Shown one piece after another: positions 26,089 through 40,264 of a stretch of 64,000 bases of DNA (the first letter of the stretch is position 1; each line of letters starts with the position of its first letter). The notes under the pieces are model-generated. The model worked only from the letters and a program-made list of their open reading frames with translations, was not told the DNA's origin and did not search any database. The stretch lies in NCBI RefSeq assembly GCF_009914755.1, contig NC_060935.1; one strand, written 5' to 3'. Origin of the DNA: the human T2T-CHM13v2.0 reference genome, Homo sapiens. The translations under genes and the position numbers were made by a program.

Positions 26089-26840
26089 CAAGATATTCTA
26101 TATAGAAGATTATGTCTTCTGCAAATAAGACTATTTTAATTCTTTCTTTCTAATCTGGATGACTTTCATTTATTTTTCTTGACAGCCATAGTACACATTC
26201 TTGACTTCTTCCTGATTTTTGAGGACAAACATGAATTTTCATCACTAAAGTTATGTTAGTCGGTATTTCATATAAATCCTTTGTCAGGTTGAAGAAGTTG
26301 TTTGCTGACAGTTATTCTTTTTTTAAATAATGAATTTGTGTTAGATCATGAATGTTTTTGCCAATGTTTTTCCTGTTTCTAATAAGATGATCATGTGATT
26401 TTGTATTTTTATACGCACACGCGCACACACACACACATATATATATATATTGCTTACTTCATCTTTATGTTAAACCAACTTTGCTTTCTGAGATAAATAT
26501 GACTTTGTTATGATGCAAAATACAAAATACTGTTATATGTTGCTGGTTTTAGTTTACTAGCATTTTAGTCAAGAATTTTCCATGAGTGTTTGTGAGAAAT
26601 ATTGGTCTTTTGTTTTTCTTGGGATATCTTTATCTGGATTAAGTATCAGAATAATTCCAGCCTCACAAAATTGAGTTGGTTAATGGTCTTTGATCTTAGA
26701 TTTCATAAAATTGAAATCCAATAATTTTAATTTTATACTAACACCTTCTTTTATTTGATAGAATTAATCCAGGCCTGAGCTTTCCTTTATGGAAATATTT
26801 TCAATTACTAATTTAATTTCTTCATGTTTTATAAGTAAAT

Positions 26841-26937
26841 ATACTGTCCCTGACTTACGATAATTAACCCTACAATTTTTTTGACTTTATCATTGGTTTA
26901 TTGCAACATAACTCCATTCTAAGTTAAGGAGCATCTG
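26841..26937 (-). mobile_element. MER47C-like MITE (TcMar-Tigger)
   Basis: gtccctgacttacgat...gactttatc...ggtttattg...cataac...taagttaaggagcatctg; ~97 bp. Confidence 0.7.
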
Positions 26938-27723
26938 TTTTCAGATTTTCCTCTTCTTCTTAGGTAAGTTTTAATAATTTTTGTCTTCCTAGGAATTTTT
27001 CTGTTTCATCTAACTTGTATAATTTGCGGGTATACAGTTTTTCATAATAATCCCTTACAATCTATTTTTATTTATTCAGGGTCATTAATGATATCCCCCT
27101 TTTCATTATTTTTGGTAATTTGTGTTCTCTAATTTTTTTTTAATTGTAAACTTTGAGTTCAAGTCTCTGTATTGTTTCTGATTTTTCAATTGGTTCTATC
27201 AATCATTAAAAGTAGAATTTGAAAGTTTCTAGTTTTTATCGTTGGATTGCTTATTTCTCTCTTCAATTGTGTTCATTCTTATTTTGCTTCATGCATTTTT
27301 GGCCTGTCTTATTAGATACCAATATATTTAAGTTGTTTTATCTTCCTGATGCACTGAAAATTTTATCATTATGAAATTGACTTGTTGTCTATAATAATAC
27401 ATCTTACCTTAAAGTCTATTTTATCTGATACTGATATAGCACTCCAGCTCTATGATTTTTGTTTATCATTTGTAGAATGTATGTTCCAATTAAAATCTAT
27501 TTTTTATATTTTAATTTAAGGTAGATATCCTGTAGACAACTTACAGTTGGTTTTACCTATTTTATACGTCCAATCTAATAATATTTGACTTTTGATTGGA
27601 ATAATAAGGCTATTATTACTACAACTACTACTATCATATATTATTATCATTTGAATCCAAATATTCTTTCTTCTGCTTTTGAGCTATTTTAATAACTTTG
27701 TCCTTTCAGTTTTGGCATTGTGA

Positions 27724-28454
27724 TATGCAATTCAGGAGACTGGAGAGATCAGTAGGTAGAAAATGAGGATTTTATTGAGTGCACTCAGACCCAGAGGATT
27801 AACATCCAAAAAACTGGGCCCAGAACAAAGACAACACTTGATTTTATACACACTTCTAAAAGAGAGTTGGCTAGCCTGAAACGAGCTTACAGTGGTGCAA
27901 ATTGTAGTGGCATGAAAGCAAGGATACAGAGGCAGAACAAAAGCAGTTAATCAAATTGTGACAAGTTCATAATTCAGTTTTACATATGACCCTTGCTATG
28001 CAGCCCAGATGGCTGTTATCCAGGCTTGCTCAAAAGAGCCTTTCATGGGCTTATCTCATAACCTTCACTATGGCACCTAGATGGCTGCAGCCCAGGCCTG
28101 CTCAAGCATGTCTTATAACCTTCACTGTGATGCTTAGATAAAATAGAATACTTGAAGTTACTAGTTACAGAAAACATGAATCTATAACCTTATAAAACTT
28201 GCAGAGCAAGGTACAATCACATGGATGGGGGTGGAATTCGAGGGGAAGGTTACTTTTTCTGGGAGAAAAAGTGCTGGGAGAGTCTCAAGAGCACATCCCT
28301 TTGAGTCTTAGCTTCTTAGATAATGTTATTGAGACTTCGCCCGGGCCTGGGCTTTGCCTGTTACTGCCTTTAGGATGAATCAGCCTAATATAGAAAGGTT
28401 GTTTTCCTTTTTTATAAATTTTATTTTTCTTTATTTCTTGAATTTCCTGTCTCA
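27724..28454 (-). mobile_element. ERV1 (MER4-group, MER50-like) solo LTR
   Basis: 731-bp block of higher GC ending ...cctgtctca; antisense poly(A) signal ttttattg near 27770; internal tandem units (cataaccttcact...agatggctg); 4-bp TSD gtga at 27720-27723 and 28455-28458. Confidence 0.75.
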
Positions 28455-31400
28455 GTGAAACTTCAGATTCTCCCATTTTTATAATTTTTACAGCCTTATT
28501 GGGGATTTCTGTTGATTACTTGCTTTTGTATTTTTCTTTAATTATTTTAACAGTTTTTTAGTCTTTGAATGTATCTATGAAAATCGCTTATTATTATTAT
28601 GTCAATATAATTAACAAATTGGGTGAATTTATCTTTGTTATTTTGTAATTTGTTTTAAAGATATCTCCTTTTTCAAATTGTGTCTGTTCCTCCGTGGCTG
28701 CACTCTTTTGAGCTAAAAAAAATATATTTTTAGCATAGAATATTCACTCATTTATTGATTTCCTAAATGTGTTTTTTGGTTATTTTTTGAATGATTGTTT
28801 TAAGGATTATATTATATGTACTAATATATACCTTAATCATCATGTACTTCATATTAATATTAACTGAACTTTGGTTGAATAATTAAACCTTTTTGCAATA
28901 TACATTCATTCCTCTCTTTCCTTTTGCTAAAATTGTCATATCTTTATTCTATTGTAGAATTCAATAATACATTTTTACATTATCTTTCTATCCTTTTCCT
29001 CCTCTATTTTTTGCACTAGATAATTTTTATTGATCAGTCTTTATTTGACTGTTCTTTCTTCTGCTTTTGAGCTATTTTAACAAATTTTTCATTTCAATTT
29101 TAGTATTGTGAAACTCTATTTTATCCAATTTCTATAATTTTTACACCCTTATTAGGGATCTCTGTTAATTGCTTTTATATTTTCCTTTAATTCTTTTAAC
29201 AGTCTCCTTCAGTCCTTTGAATGTATCTATAAAATGGCTTTGAAGCCTTTCTCTGCTAAAACTAATATCTGTTAATACTCAGAGAAAAATTTTATTGACT
29301 GTTTCTTTGTTTCTTTTTTTTCCCTGTGTGGGGGATACATTTTTTTTTGTTTGTTTCTTTACATGACACTTAAGATTTGTTGAGAACTAGGTGATTTAGA
29401 TAATATATTGTAAAAATTCTGGACTATAATGTTTTTTCCTTGAAAGGTTTGTTGTTACTTTTGTTGGTTTCACTCTTTCCTTAGTAACTTGCTTCAGCTA
29501 AGTCTCTGCCATCTGTATTTCATATAATATGTGGACACTCAAGTATCTGCTCCATTTATATATGTGCTGTTAATTTGATTTTTAGGCCTCACTACTTGGT
29601 GGTTGTTCCTGTGTTTGACAAGTTTTGTTGTCAGCCAATGAATGGACTAATGTTGTGTTCAAATTACTTGAGCCAGTAAGGCTTCCAATCTCTACCAATA
29701 GGAGGGTGAGTAGCTGAGGAAATGCATTCAAAGTTTGAGCCATTTTTAAGTCTTCTCTATCAGACTCTTTCAAGTATCCCTATGCACAAGCTTGCAGCTC
29801 AGAATCAACCAGGAGTGTGTGAATAGATTGACTTTCTCTTGTCTCTTCTGCATATGTGACTAGTCTTAGTCAGAAATGTACTTGTTTCTCAACCACACAA
29901 TATCAGACTCATAGACTTGACATGTTGACTTCCTCCATTTACCTGTATCTGAAAAGTTTTGTTGGGTGTTGGTGTCACCTACCAATCCAAATAAGTAAAT
30001 TCATTTTGCCTGCTGCAGAGAATCTGTTAGTTCTCATGGTCTGATCCATTCTGGCAGAACAATCATGCTGAACTAGGTGGCGAGAAAAAATGTGATCATA
30101 CCCAGGCCAAACTGCCACAGATCTCTGCTTTCTTACTCAATGTTCAGCAATTTTTAAACCATTATTACTTTTAAGATTGTAGTTTGGCTTTGGTTAATTT
30201 TTGCAGCTCAAAAATTATTTTCTTGTTTTGTCTTGTTTTGGCCTGTTTGGCTTTATCAAATTGTTTTTGGGAAAAAGATTTCATAGTCTCTGCAATTATA
30301 GCTGTAATTTCCACTACTCCAAAAAAAAGAGCAATTTTATTTTGAGCAATGAAAGAAAAGCAGGGTTACAGTATGGGTTTGAGGATCAAACAATTTACTT
30401 CCAGATTGCATGACATACTGCTTTCCTGAATTCTTTTTTCAAATGTAATACATAACTTGTTTAAAACACTAAAAGGTCAAAGCTTGCACCACATACTGTG
30501 GAGGCATAGATTCTGAGAGTATTTGCCATCAAGGAGATTTTTTTTCATCTTTGAAGCACATTAGTTTAAGAAGTTATTTATTTTTTATTGTTTTTTCTTT
30601 TTTTCCTCCATCCATCTCTTGTAAGAAAGAAGGCTCGTGCCAGGCCAAATTGCATCTTCAGCTGCTCAAAAATTTGCTCGGCTTTCCTGTCTCCCCATCA
30701 GGGGATATCATTAGCTAAAGCAGTTCAATTATCATACTCTTTACTAAAACCCTACAAGAACATAGAAGTGGGTTAAATTGGGAAATCTGATGCAAGAACA
30801 ATATCTTAGAGATAATCATCTCACTTTAACAAAAGAACTCTTTACTTAAATGGGGTAGGATAAAAATTAACATGCATTTTAAACGCCTTCACCTGCATCA
30901 CTAATTGCATCATAAGTTTCTTAAATCTAACCAATGCAACAATTCTGGTTGACTCAAGTGTTTCACTAAACTTTTTCTTTGAACTGGAATATTAAAATTC
31001 TAAAGTAGCAACAAAAAAGCCATTAGGTTTTGCTTGAAAATATATAAAAGGTCTAAAAAAACTATGTAGTGATAAGGCACTATATATTTACAATCCTAAA
31101 TTTATAGATTTATTTTTATTTAACTATATAGTTTATTTTTGTAGCTTTCTGTGACAGATAGTGCTACTTATACCCCAATATCCATTCTTCTCACCTTTCT
31201 TTTGGTAATAACGTTACTTCAGTTTTACCACAGTTTTTACTTGTCCAGATAGAGGGAACATTTTTCTATATACTTTGCATCTAGCAGTGTTTATAAAACT
31301 GGGCTTCAAAGAGGTTAATTGGCACATCAAGTATTACACTGTTATTTTTGGTGGAGTTGAAATATAGTCATATTCTTAATTTCTAATAAAACTTTTCGTG

Positions 31401-32115
31401 GTAATATAATTTTCTAAAACATCCTTTGGGAATAGAATAGGTTAACTCAAAATTAGCTTCAGTTTCCTTTTTCCTTTTTTTGGATTTCTATCTTAACAGC
31501 CACTAATCATACTCATGTTTTTTTTTTCTTTCAAATACTTCTGAACAAAACAAGAACTACCCTCAGTGAAGAGAATATATTCTTATTCATTTTAAACTGA
31601 ATCCTTCTTAGATAACCTAATAAGGATCTACAAATGGTCAAGGGAGACTCACTATTCAAAAGGTCATAGAATGACCATCAATTGTAAGATAAAATACTAG
31701 ATATGAAGGTACAACTGCAATGTAATAGGCCATTCTAAATTTTGGTTATGCAGTAGAATCAATTGACCATTAATACCATTTTATCTACAAATGAAAGGAA
31801 GAAAATCAACAGATCATAAATCTTCTAGTCAACATCTGGATCAGAAAAGATATGGATTTTGGGATAAACGTGGCTTATTTAAAATCATCTAATGACAGGG
31901 GTTAATATGTAATGCAGATTTTTATTTGAATATAATATGACATTATTGATATTTCTGTTATTGTGAGCTTAAGTTTCTAGATCTACATTCTATCTCCATA
32001 TGACTTAGAATGGAGAAAGCTATTAGCATAGAAGGAAAAATGAGGATAAATATTAGAAGGCATGGGGAAGGAAGTTTCTGGTTATATTTCTTTACTTGTG
32101 TAATGGGAATAGTTT

Positions 32116-32290
32116 CATATTTCATCAATTATAAGATCCACATTTTTTCATATTTTAACCTTTTTAAAATTGAGGCATATCTAACAATAGATATTATTGT
32201 ACAATTTTAATTGACATCACATTTTCATTTGTAGTGTTACATAAAATGCTGTTGCATCTTTTAGTTGATGGTGTCATTGATGATAAAATT
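32116..32290. mobile_element. MER104-like DNA transposon (TcMar-Tc2)
   Basis: tatttcatcaattataagatccacattttttcatattttaacc...gcatctt...gatggtgtc...gatga resembles the recalled MER104 consensus. Confidence 0.55.
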
Positions 32291-32404
32291 ATCTCTAGTC
32301 TCACAGAGAAAATCTAGAAAAGAATTAAAAGTAGCATGCCATTTTGAGACATTTCACAAATACAAAATGTGAAATTACATCAGCCCTTTAAAAATGCACC
32401 TAGC

Positions 32405-32560
32405 GCCAGGGACAGAGGCTGAGGCATGTAATCCTTGGGAGGCTGAGGCAGGAGGATTACTTGAGCCCAGGAGTTTCAGGTTGCAGTGAGCCATGATTGT
32501 GCCACTAAACTCCAGCCTGGCAATAGAGTGAGATGTCGCCTCTTAAAAAAAAGAGAAAAA
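32405..32560 (+). mobile_element. Alu monomer (FRAM/AluJ right arm)
   Basis: gggaggctgaggcaggaggattacttgagcccaggagtt...gcagtgagccatgattgtgccact...; short A-tail. Confidence 0.85.
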
Positions 32561-32710
32561 TAATACACTTGCAAATTCCTAAAAGTGACCAGAATATTGA
32601 TTTACATTTAATAGTGGCAGAACTATATTCTTGAAATGAATCTTGATTTCTATTTCAAAAGAATACATAGTCTATTGGTTGAGTGGTGTGAAAATAAAAC
32701 TGAAAGATCA

Positions 32711-33044
<334 letters not shown>

Positions 33045-33094
<50 letters not shown>
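33045..33094. repeat. Uninterrupted (AT)~25 microsatellite
   Basis: Direct reading. Confidence 0.97.
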
Positions 33095-33098
<4 letters not shown>

Positions 33099-34899
33099 GA
33101 GATGCTTCAAGAAAAAAGGGGAAGTTCATTGTCCAGGAAGAAAAAGCAAGTTGCCAGTGAGGAAAAATTCAGCTAAGTTTTCTCCCACAACAGTATATGG
33201 TATCAGAAAACTGTGGGGCAATGCACATTGTCTTTTGAATAAAACAAAGTATTACAAAAAGAAAAATTACATCCTACCAAATTGTTCTTCTAGTGTAAAT
33301 AAAGCCAAGAGACAGACATTTTCAAACAAGCAAAAATCCAACAATTATAGCGCCAACCCGTTTTTCTTGTAGGAAAATAATTTTGACAATGAAATCTAGC
33401 CCACAGAGGAATTAATTCAAAATAAAGGACTTAGAACTGAATATGTGTGAAAAAGACTAGTAGTATGCATTTAATCAATTTTAAATAAATTAAAAATAAT
33501 GATTGCAAAAGATAATATATATGTTAAAAGCAATGACAGTTTAAAATTACAATATAATTAAGAAAATTGGAAAGAGGATGCAGTTCCTCTTCAACTTTAA
33601 TAGCAGTCGATTGACACAGTTTAAGCTTGATTAAACTTGTAATAGGCAGTTAAAAATAATTATTTCAGCCTCAATATTATCATGGTTTTTAATTAAGTTA
33701 TATTGAGATATTTTAGTATAGTAATACCTTTTACTATTAAAAAGCATTTCTCTAAATTCACTACTTTCATTTAATTAAAACCAGAATTTTTGTTACTTAA
33801 GTTAATTTTATAATCAATCTCAATATTTTATTTTAAAAATATAGAGAGCATGAGTCCATTTTAGTAATATTTTTTATAAATAATAATCTCGTGAATCATT
33901 TCTATATATATAAATTAAACACGTAAAAATCTATACATATAAAGTATATAAATATATATATATATAAATATATTGTGTGTGTATATATAGCTTGACATCC
34001 TGAGTGAAGTATACTTAAGGTTGCCAATCATTATTCCTCGTGGCAAAATTTGAAGGACTTTGATAACTTTTTTATGACTTTACTTTTAAAAAAAATAATA
34101 TATATATTTATAAATCCAGAAATAACAATAAAATTAAGTAAAAGTTTATATTTATGAACAGCTTAGTTGATCAAAAATTATAGTTGTTGGATTATTTAAT
34201 GTGTTTTATATATATAATATATATATATAAATCATTGTAAATGTTTGATTTTTTTCTCACACTTTACACTGGTCTTTCTATGTGTATTTTTAAAATATCT
34301 AATTTTATTGTTCTCAAAGAAAGTTAACTTAGTTTTTGTAGAAATAGTAACTATTTTGCTCTTATGTTTTATCAGTTTAAGTACTTACAGGACATTGTTA
34401 TAGCAAGTAAAAGTGCGATAAATACTTTGATAACACATTACGTGACATTTTAAATCTCTTTGAAATTTTTCAGTAAAGAAATCTGATTACTTTTAAGCCA
34501 AATATTTTATGTGTGTGTGTGTTAAAATACAAATAGGTTAAATCCCAACCTACTTACTTGAACATGGCACATATTTTTTGAGGACAGAACAGTGATTAAC
34601 ATCCTAAAACTTAGTTTGATAAATGATGGTTCAGTAGTATAATAGTTATGAAGTAGTAATGTTCCTTTTTTGTCATTACTCCATTTTTATTTTATTGGCA
34701 TTAATCAGGAACTTTTATTTAAAGCGCTATAATATCAATTGAATTAACTTAATCTCCAAAGAAAATTAACCAGCTTCTGTATCTAGAAAGTACAAGAATG
34801 ATTTTAACTTTAAGAAAACTAAATGCTATTGAGATTTTTTTTCCATGTTTTAGCTTTACTTTTTTCTGTTTGATGTCTTCATTCATTCATATTGAAGTT

Positions 34900-35260
34900 A
34901 GCATCTTCCATATTATTGGGCAAAACTGGCTCCTGGAACTCCAGGCTAACACACTTCCAATTTAGATATAGTAGAAAGCAAGCTTCACTTCCCCCGTATC
35001 TATTTCAATCAGGAGGAGGACTCTGATTGGTTCTCCTTAGACCTAATATGTACTCTAGATGAGACATTACCTCCATGGGAATAGAATATACTACGAGTAG
35101 TTAAATACTGTTTTATTTTGTTTCTTTTCTCCACCATTATGACCAAGGGGCTGAGTCACTGTAATTGGCAATCTCACCAAACCCACATTAGAAGGTATGG
35201 TGCAGTTCCCTAAATGAAACAGGTGTTCTGGGCAGCCATAAACAGCAGATAGCTACTAAC
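34900..35260. mobile_element. Old MLT1-type LTR fragment
   Basis: ggctcctggaactccaggct...ggactctgattgg...gtgttctgggcagcca resembles old MLT1 LTRs. Confidence 0.45.
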
Positions 35261-35994
35261 GGGGACTCTTCCTTGCTTACCTGAGTAGATCTGTCACCCT
35301 TATTTGAAATGAGACTTTCCTCCTTCATTCTATCTCAGGTGGAGAGATACAATTTTATGAAAATCAGGAAGGAATTGTACCTTAGGTTAGGACTCAGGAA
35401 ATAAAGGCAGAAATAGAAGTGGAAAATAATTTAAAGACTGTAATACAATATAGGGAATGTCAAGTAATCAGTGGCATCCACTGTTAAAATAATAAAATTT
35501 CAAGGCAAAAAATATCAATTTTGGTTACTCTACAGTTAGAGCAGTGAAAAGTTGAATAACCTTCTGAGCAATGGGTCCATATTCAAGCTTCCTCTGAAGA
35601 GGAAGAAGAATTTAGCTTCTTGAATCCTGCTTAAATGTTTTGTCCCTTAAGATGTTCAAAACCCTGGCCCATGGACGTTCCAATACTTGATTCAGATTGA
35701 ATAGCAGTTATTCTTGCATAACTACCACGCACAGTGCCCAGAAAGCTTTTTGCAGCCTTCTCCTATCTTGTGTGGCTATACTCTCTTGAACTTTGTTGGT
35801 TATGACAAAGTTGCATCTGAAGTTATCCGTTATCAATCTTGGGTACCAAAATGTGGACAGTTGTCTTGCACTCTTCAGTAAACTATCCTTAAAGAGCAAT
35901 TGAAAATGCTTTTAAGAAAACAATCCAGCGTTAGTTTATCAAGTGGAAAGTTAATTTTGCATGGTGGTTAACTTCATGTCCATTGAAATTACAT

Positions 35995-36220
35995 AACCCT
36001 CAGTACATCATGGTGCTGCCAATTACAAATTGTGTGACCTCAAGCAAGTTACCTAACATCTCTCAGACATAATTTTTATTTCTACAATATTGACTTATGA
36101 AAGTATTGAGCTCATAGGGTTATTGTAAAGATTACATTATATAATGTTTGCAAAGCACTTAGCATAGTGGCATGCATATAGGGCTTAGTCAGCAAAAGTC
36201 ACACAAATAACCATTTGTCA
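35995..36220 (+). mobile_element. MIR
   Basis: tgtgtgacctcaagcaagttacctaacatctctcag...ctcatagggttattgtaaagatta...aaagcacttagcatagtg. Confidence 0.8.
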
Positions 36221-37527
36221 CTGTGCAAAGTTTGCAAAGGAGATTTACAGAACACCATGGGAGCACACAGCAGAAACTCTGACCCTGATCGGGAGAGCCA
36301 GGAATGTTTCCAGTACCCTGTGAAAGTTCAACCTCAGCATTTACACAAATTAGCTAGTATGAGACTCCTGTGAATTTCTTATGATAGGGAGGAAAAATGA
36401 TTTCAATAATGACATTAGAAATCTGTTTTCTGTTCTTGATAGAAATAATCTTAAAATATCATGCAAATATGTAGAAATCAATTGCCTGAGAGTAGCTCTT
36501 TAGATAAGGCATATCTTGCCTATATTGTAATTTATAATAACTTTAAGTTTAAAAAGCATCCCCCTCACCTTTAAAAAATTAACAGGAAGTGAAATAATTT
36601 GAAGGAGAACTAAAATGTACCCTGAAAAGAGGGATCTACTACCCAAAACAAAAGGATAACCAAAACAAACATATAAAAAAAAAACTCCACATACAAACAC
36701 AGAGCTGAAGATATTTAAAATTTTAGTTGGAAATCCTGATAGCTTTGCAGGTTTCAGTAAGTTTTATTGTTCTGACCCAGGCACCTGCATTTGATATACT
36801 TCCTGAATCATGTATTTTATAAAGCCCAGGCCCTTCTACCAAATGACATATCAAGAAACACCGATAGTTGTATCGATAACAACAAATGGATCCTACTCAG
36901 CCCAGGACTAAGCTGGCTGCTTCTCTCTCTTGCTGGAGAAATACCTCTGCTCTGTCTGGGCCACAGAGGGTAGTGGGGATTTGGGAAATTGTGCAGTTAC
37001 TTTCCTGGAGGAGTAGTAATGACCACTAGAATGGAAATCAGAATCACCGCAGATCCACCCAGGCATTCTAGCTCTAGAAGGATTGTCTCAAGTGCCATGT
37101 TTTAGAAAGTATAAACTCACTCTCTCAAACTGATAAAACATTGATTCAGGAAGAAAGGCAGTTTAGGGAAGGCAATGAAATGAACAAAGGAGAAATTTGG
37201 TGCTTAAACACTTTGAACATTTTACGGGTTCTCTCCCCCAAAGCAACACATGATCGCAAGGCAAAAAGAAATACTCCAACACAATCTAACACACTCTCCC
37301 GAAGCTATATTGTATTTTGTCTGTTTAGTCTTCAAAACTTTGATTAACTGCAGTTTGAGCGTACCTTCCTCCACGAACATGTGTTGGGGGAAAGCAAGGA
37401 CCATAGACATTATTACTCAGAGCACCCACCTATAAGGAGGTTGGAAAGCAACTGTGGGGCATGAGATGGTATGCACCTCTTGCAATACCCTTCTCTCCCC
37501 ACACAGCTTGGTAGGTATAGCAACTGA

Positions 37528-37558
<31 letters not shown>

Positions 37559-37615
37559 TATGTATATATATATATACACATATATATGTGTATATATATA
37601 TACACACACATATAT
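37528..37615. repeat. Compound (TA)n/(CA)n/(TG)n microsatellite
   Basis: Direct reading; source of spurious YIYI ORFs. Confidence 0.95.
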
Positions 37616-38254
37616 TTGAAGGTTTTCAGAAGTAGGTTGAAGAATCTATCTTATAAATATGTTGAAAGAGCAAAAATATCGTCAGGAGTAAATTTCTATC
37701 CACCCTCCACCCACCCTGGATGAGACAATTGCTGTAATTGCTTCTCTTGCAAAATGTTTTCTAAGTGCCAAGTTATGTAGGGAATGAAGCGTTACCTAGC
37801 AATATGGCCAACTTTCAATTATCCATGGCAATGGGACATAGGGATGGGAGAGATAATTAAAATTCACAGACTGTTCCCAAACTTGAGCTTAATCATTTAC
37901 ATCACTCTCTTCTTGCACTAAGCCCACTGGAAGCACTACCTAGAGATGATATCTCCTGATTCAGGTTTCATATTTTTTAGTTCCTTGTCCTCCAAACAGG
38001 GAAAATAATTGAAGGCCTTGTTTCATCTTTCTATCTTCAGGGCCTAATAAAAGATTTGGATATAGGCGATGTTCAAAAAATATTGAACTGTTAGAGTGGA
38101 GTGAGATGGTCACAGTATTGTGGAGAGAAAGGATCTTCATAATTCCTGAGCTGGGAGCTGGACATGATTCTAAGTTATTTTTGTAGGTGACACCTGACAG
38201 AGTTACATAGCATTTGAAGAACACAAGCTTTCCTTTTAAAGTCACTATACTTAA

Positions 38255-38645
38255 CTCATTCATTTGTTCATTGACAATTGTTTATTAAATTTCTACTATG
38301 TGTCAGTCTTTGTTTTGAGTATTGGGCATTTAGCAGAGAACAAAATAGATAAGGTTTATCCCTTCATGGAACTTATATTCTAATTGGAGAAGTGAGACCC
38401 AAAGCAAATTTTTTAGAAAAATAAAAACATATAGTGGAATGTGCTAAGTGCTGTAAGAAATATACAGGGATATACAGCATAATATACAGGGAGATACAGC
38501 ATAATTTGGGTTGGGAGAGGCACTAAAAAAAGATGAACAATAATTCCTCTTTGCTGAAAGATGAGATAGATTCTGATATGCAAAGTTTCAGAGAAAAAGC
38601 ATTCCAAAGAACCTAAGCTGAGAAAGAATTTTTGAGTCTAGGGAA
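38255..38645 (-). mobile_element. L2 3' end
   Basis: tcattcatttgttcatt...tttattaaatttctactatgtgtcag...cccttcatggaacttatattctaattgga. Confidence 0.75.
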
Positions 38646-38651
38646 CAAGTA

Positions 38652-39001
38652 CAGTTGTTCCTCAGTCTCCAAGGGGGATTGCTTCCAGGACACCTCCTTA
38701 CTCCCCAGTCCCTCCCATGAAAAGCAAAAATCTGTGATGCTCAAATCCCTTGTATAAAACGGCACATTTGTGTATAACCTACACACATCCTCTCCTATAC
38801 TTTAAATCATCTCTAGATTACTTATAATACCTAATATAATGCAAATACTATGTAAATAGTTGTTATACTGTATTCCTTTTATTTGTATTATTTTTATTGT
38901 TGTATTGTTATTTTTATTGCGGTTTTTGGGGAGAGAATATTTTCCATTCATGATTAGTTAAATCCATGGATGCAAAATGGGCAAGTATGGAGGGTAGACT
39001 G
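38652..39001 (+). mobile_element. MER2 (TcMar-Tigger)
   Basis: TA-cagttgttcctcag...ggattgcttccaggac...ctttaaatcatctctagattacttataatacctaat...tggagggtagactg-TA; TIRs and TA TSD. Confidence 0.9.
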
Positions 39002-40264
39002 TATAGGATAGTTTAGCTGGGACATGGTGGGTAAGTTCCTGAGATCTCCTTTTAAAGAATCTTAACATCACTTCCTCAAACTGGGGCCAGCTGTGAAGCA
39101 AGAGTTATCTTTTTGTCCATCAGTCTTAAAAGGGGAGCTTTAAAAAAAGTAATTTCTGGGTGTAAACATGTGATCTTCACCATATTTAGGTCACAGACCT
39201 ATGTGAGACTCTAAATTGATGGCTTCTTTGTCACTATGCATATGTACGTGTAATACACACAGTGTAGTACACACACACACAGACACACAAGCAAACATAT
39301 GCAGGATCCACTCTATACTTACACTGTTTTTAAAGTGGTGCTTCACTTTAATAACAACACACAATTTTGTCATTGGAAGCCTAGAACACTTAATTCATTA
39401 AAGATAATGGTCAGTTATTGATTACTAATTGTTTTAGTTACTAGGGATATGCAAAGGCAAAGACCTGCTTCACATACAGCTCAGTCTTTTACATAATTCT
39501 AATTAGCTTTACAAATGCCTGTGACCATGTTTTCTTTGGTCATTCATTTGGACCAAACATTCTTGTGATTGCCCACTGCCAGAAGCCTGAATGATGCTAA
39601 TAAAGAGACAAATCTTTGTTATCTAAATAATATATTCTAACTTTGAGGAATTACTGTGTTATGTTGTTTTTGATTGCCAAGAAAGTGTTGCCATCTTTAT
39701 ATTCGAAATTCAAATTAATACAACTGAGTTATATCCTCTCCTTGAGTTGGCTAAAGTAAATAATGTCTGCTTTTTACCCCTCTATGCAGAAACAGGTCCA
39801 GCATAAATTCTTATGTCTGGCCACCAAACAGTGAATTCCAAATAGTTTTCATTAAATTCCATTTTTATTGTGCTTTTCCCTATACCCTATCTGTATGAAA
39901 ATGGTGAAGATTTGTAGAGATAAAACTAGTTAGGACTTGAATATTTATGTTTAATACTGGAAATAACTGACTTTGAGGCTCATGTACTATAGATTACAGG
40001 CTCATGTTTTCAAACTGATTGCTACTTCTCAAGCTGAATTTATCTCATCATAAAAATTCTATAAGATAAAATATTAACAGCAGTTTTCTGGAAGTTTTTT
40101 TCTGGCTCTCAGCCTATGCAACAAAAAAAAGGCATGTTCTTAACATGGTATTTGCTCCTGTCTTCTCCAAGTTGAATAATTGACCCACCACTATTAGGTT
40201 TGGTATTGAGGTTTTGGGCATTTTTCCAAAAAAAATGTCACTCGATAAAGAAATAATGAACATA

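Larger units (their letters stand above)
26089..30320 (-). mobile_element. Old L1M (MC/MD-like): ORF2, ORF1 and 5' region, interrupted by MER47 and an LTR
   Basis: Antisense RT text (tatgtcttctgcaaataaga; tcaggttgaagaagtt; taagatgatcatgtg), EN text (aaagtctattttatctgatactgatatagcactccagct) and 5' region (agccagtaaggcttcca). Confidence 0.75.

Noticed and set aside
27990-28140. Spaced direct repeats resembling a CRISPR-like array
   Set aside because: Only two or three degenerate units, internal to an ERV1 LTR in primate DNA; no cas genes.
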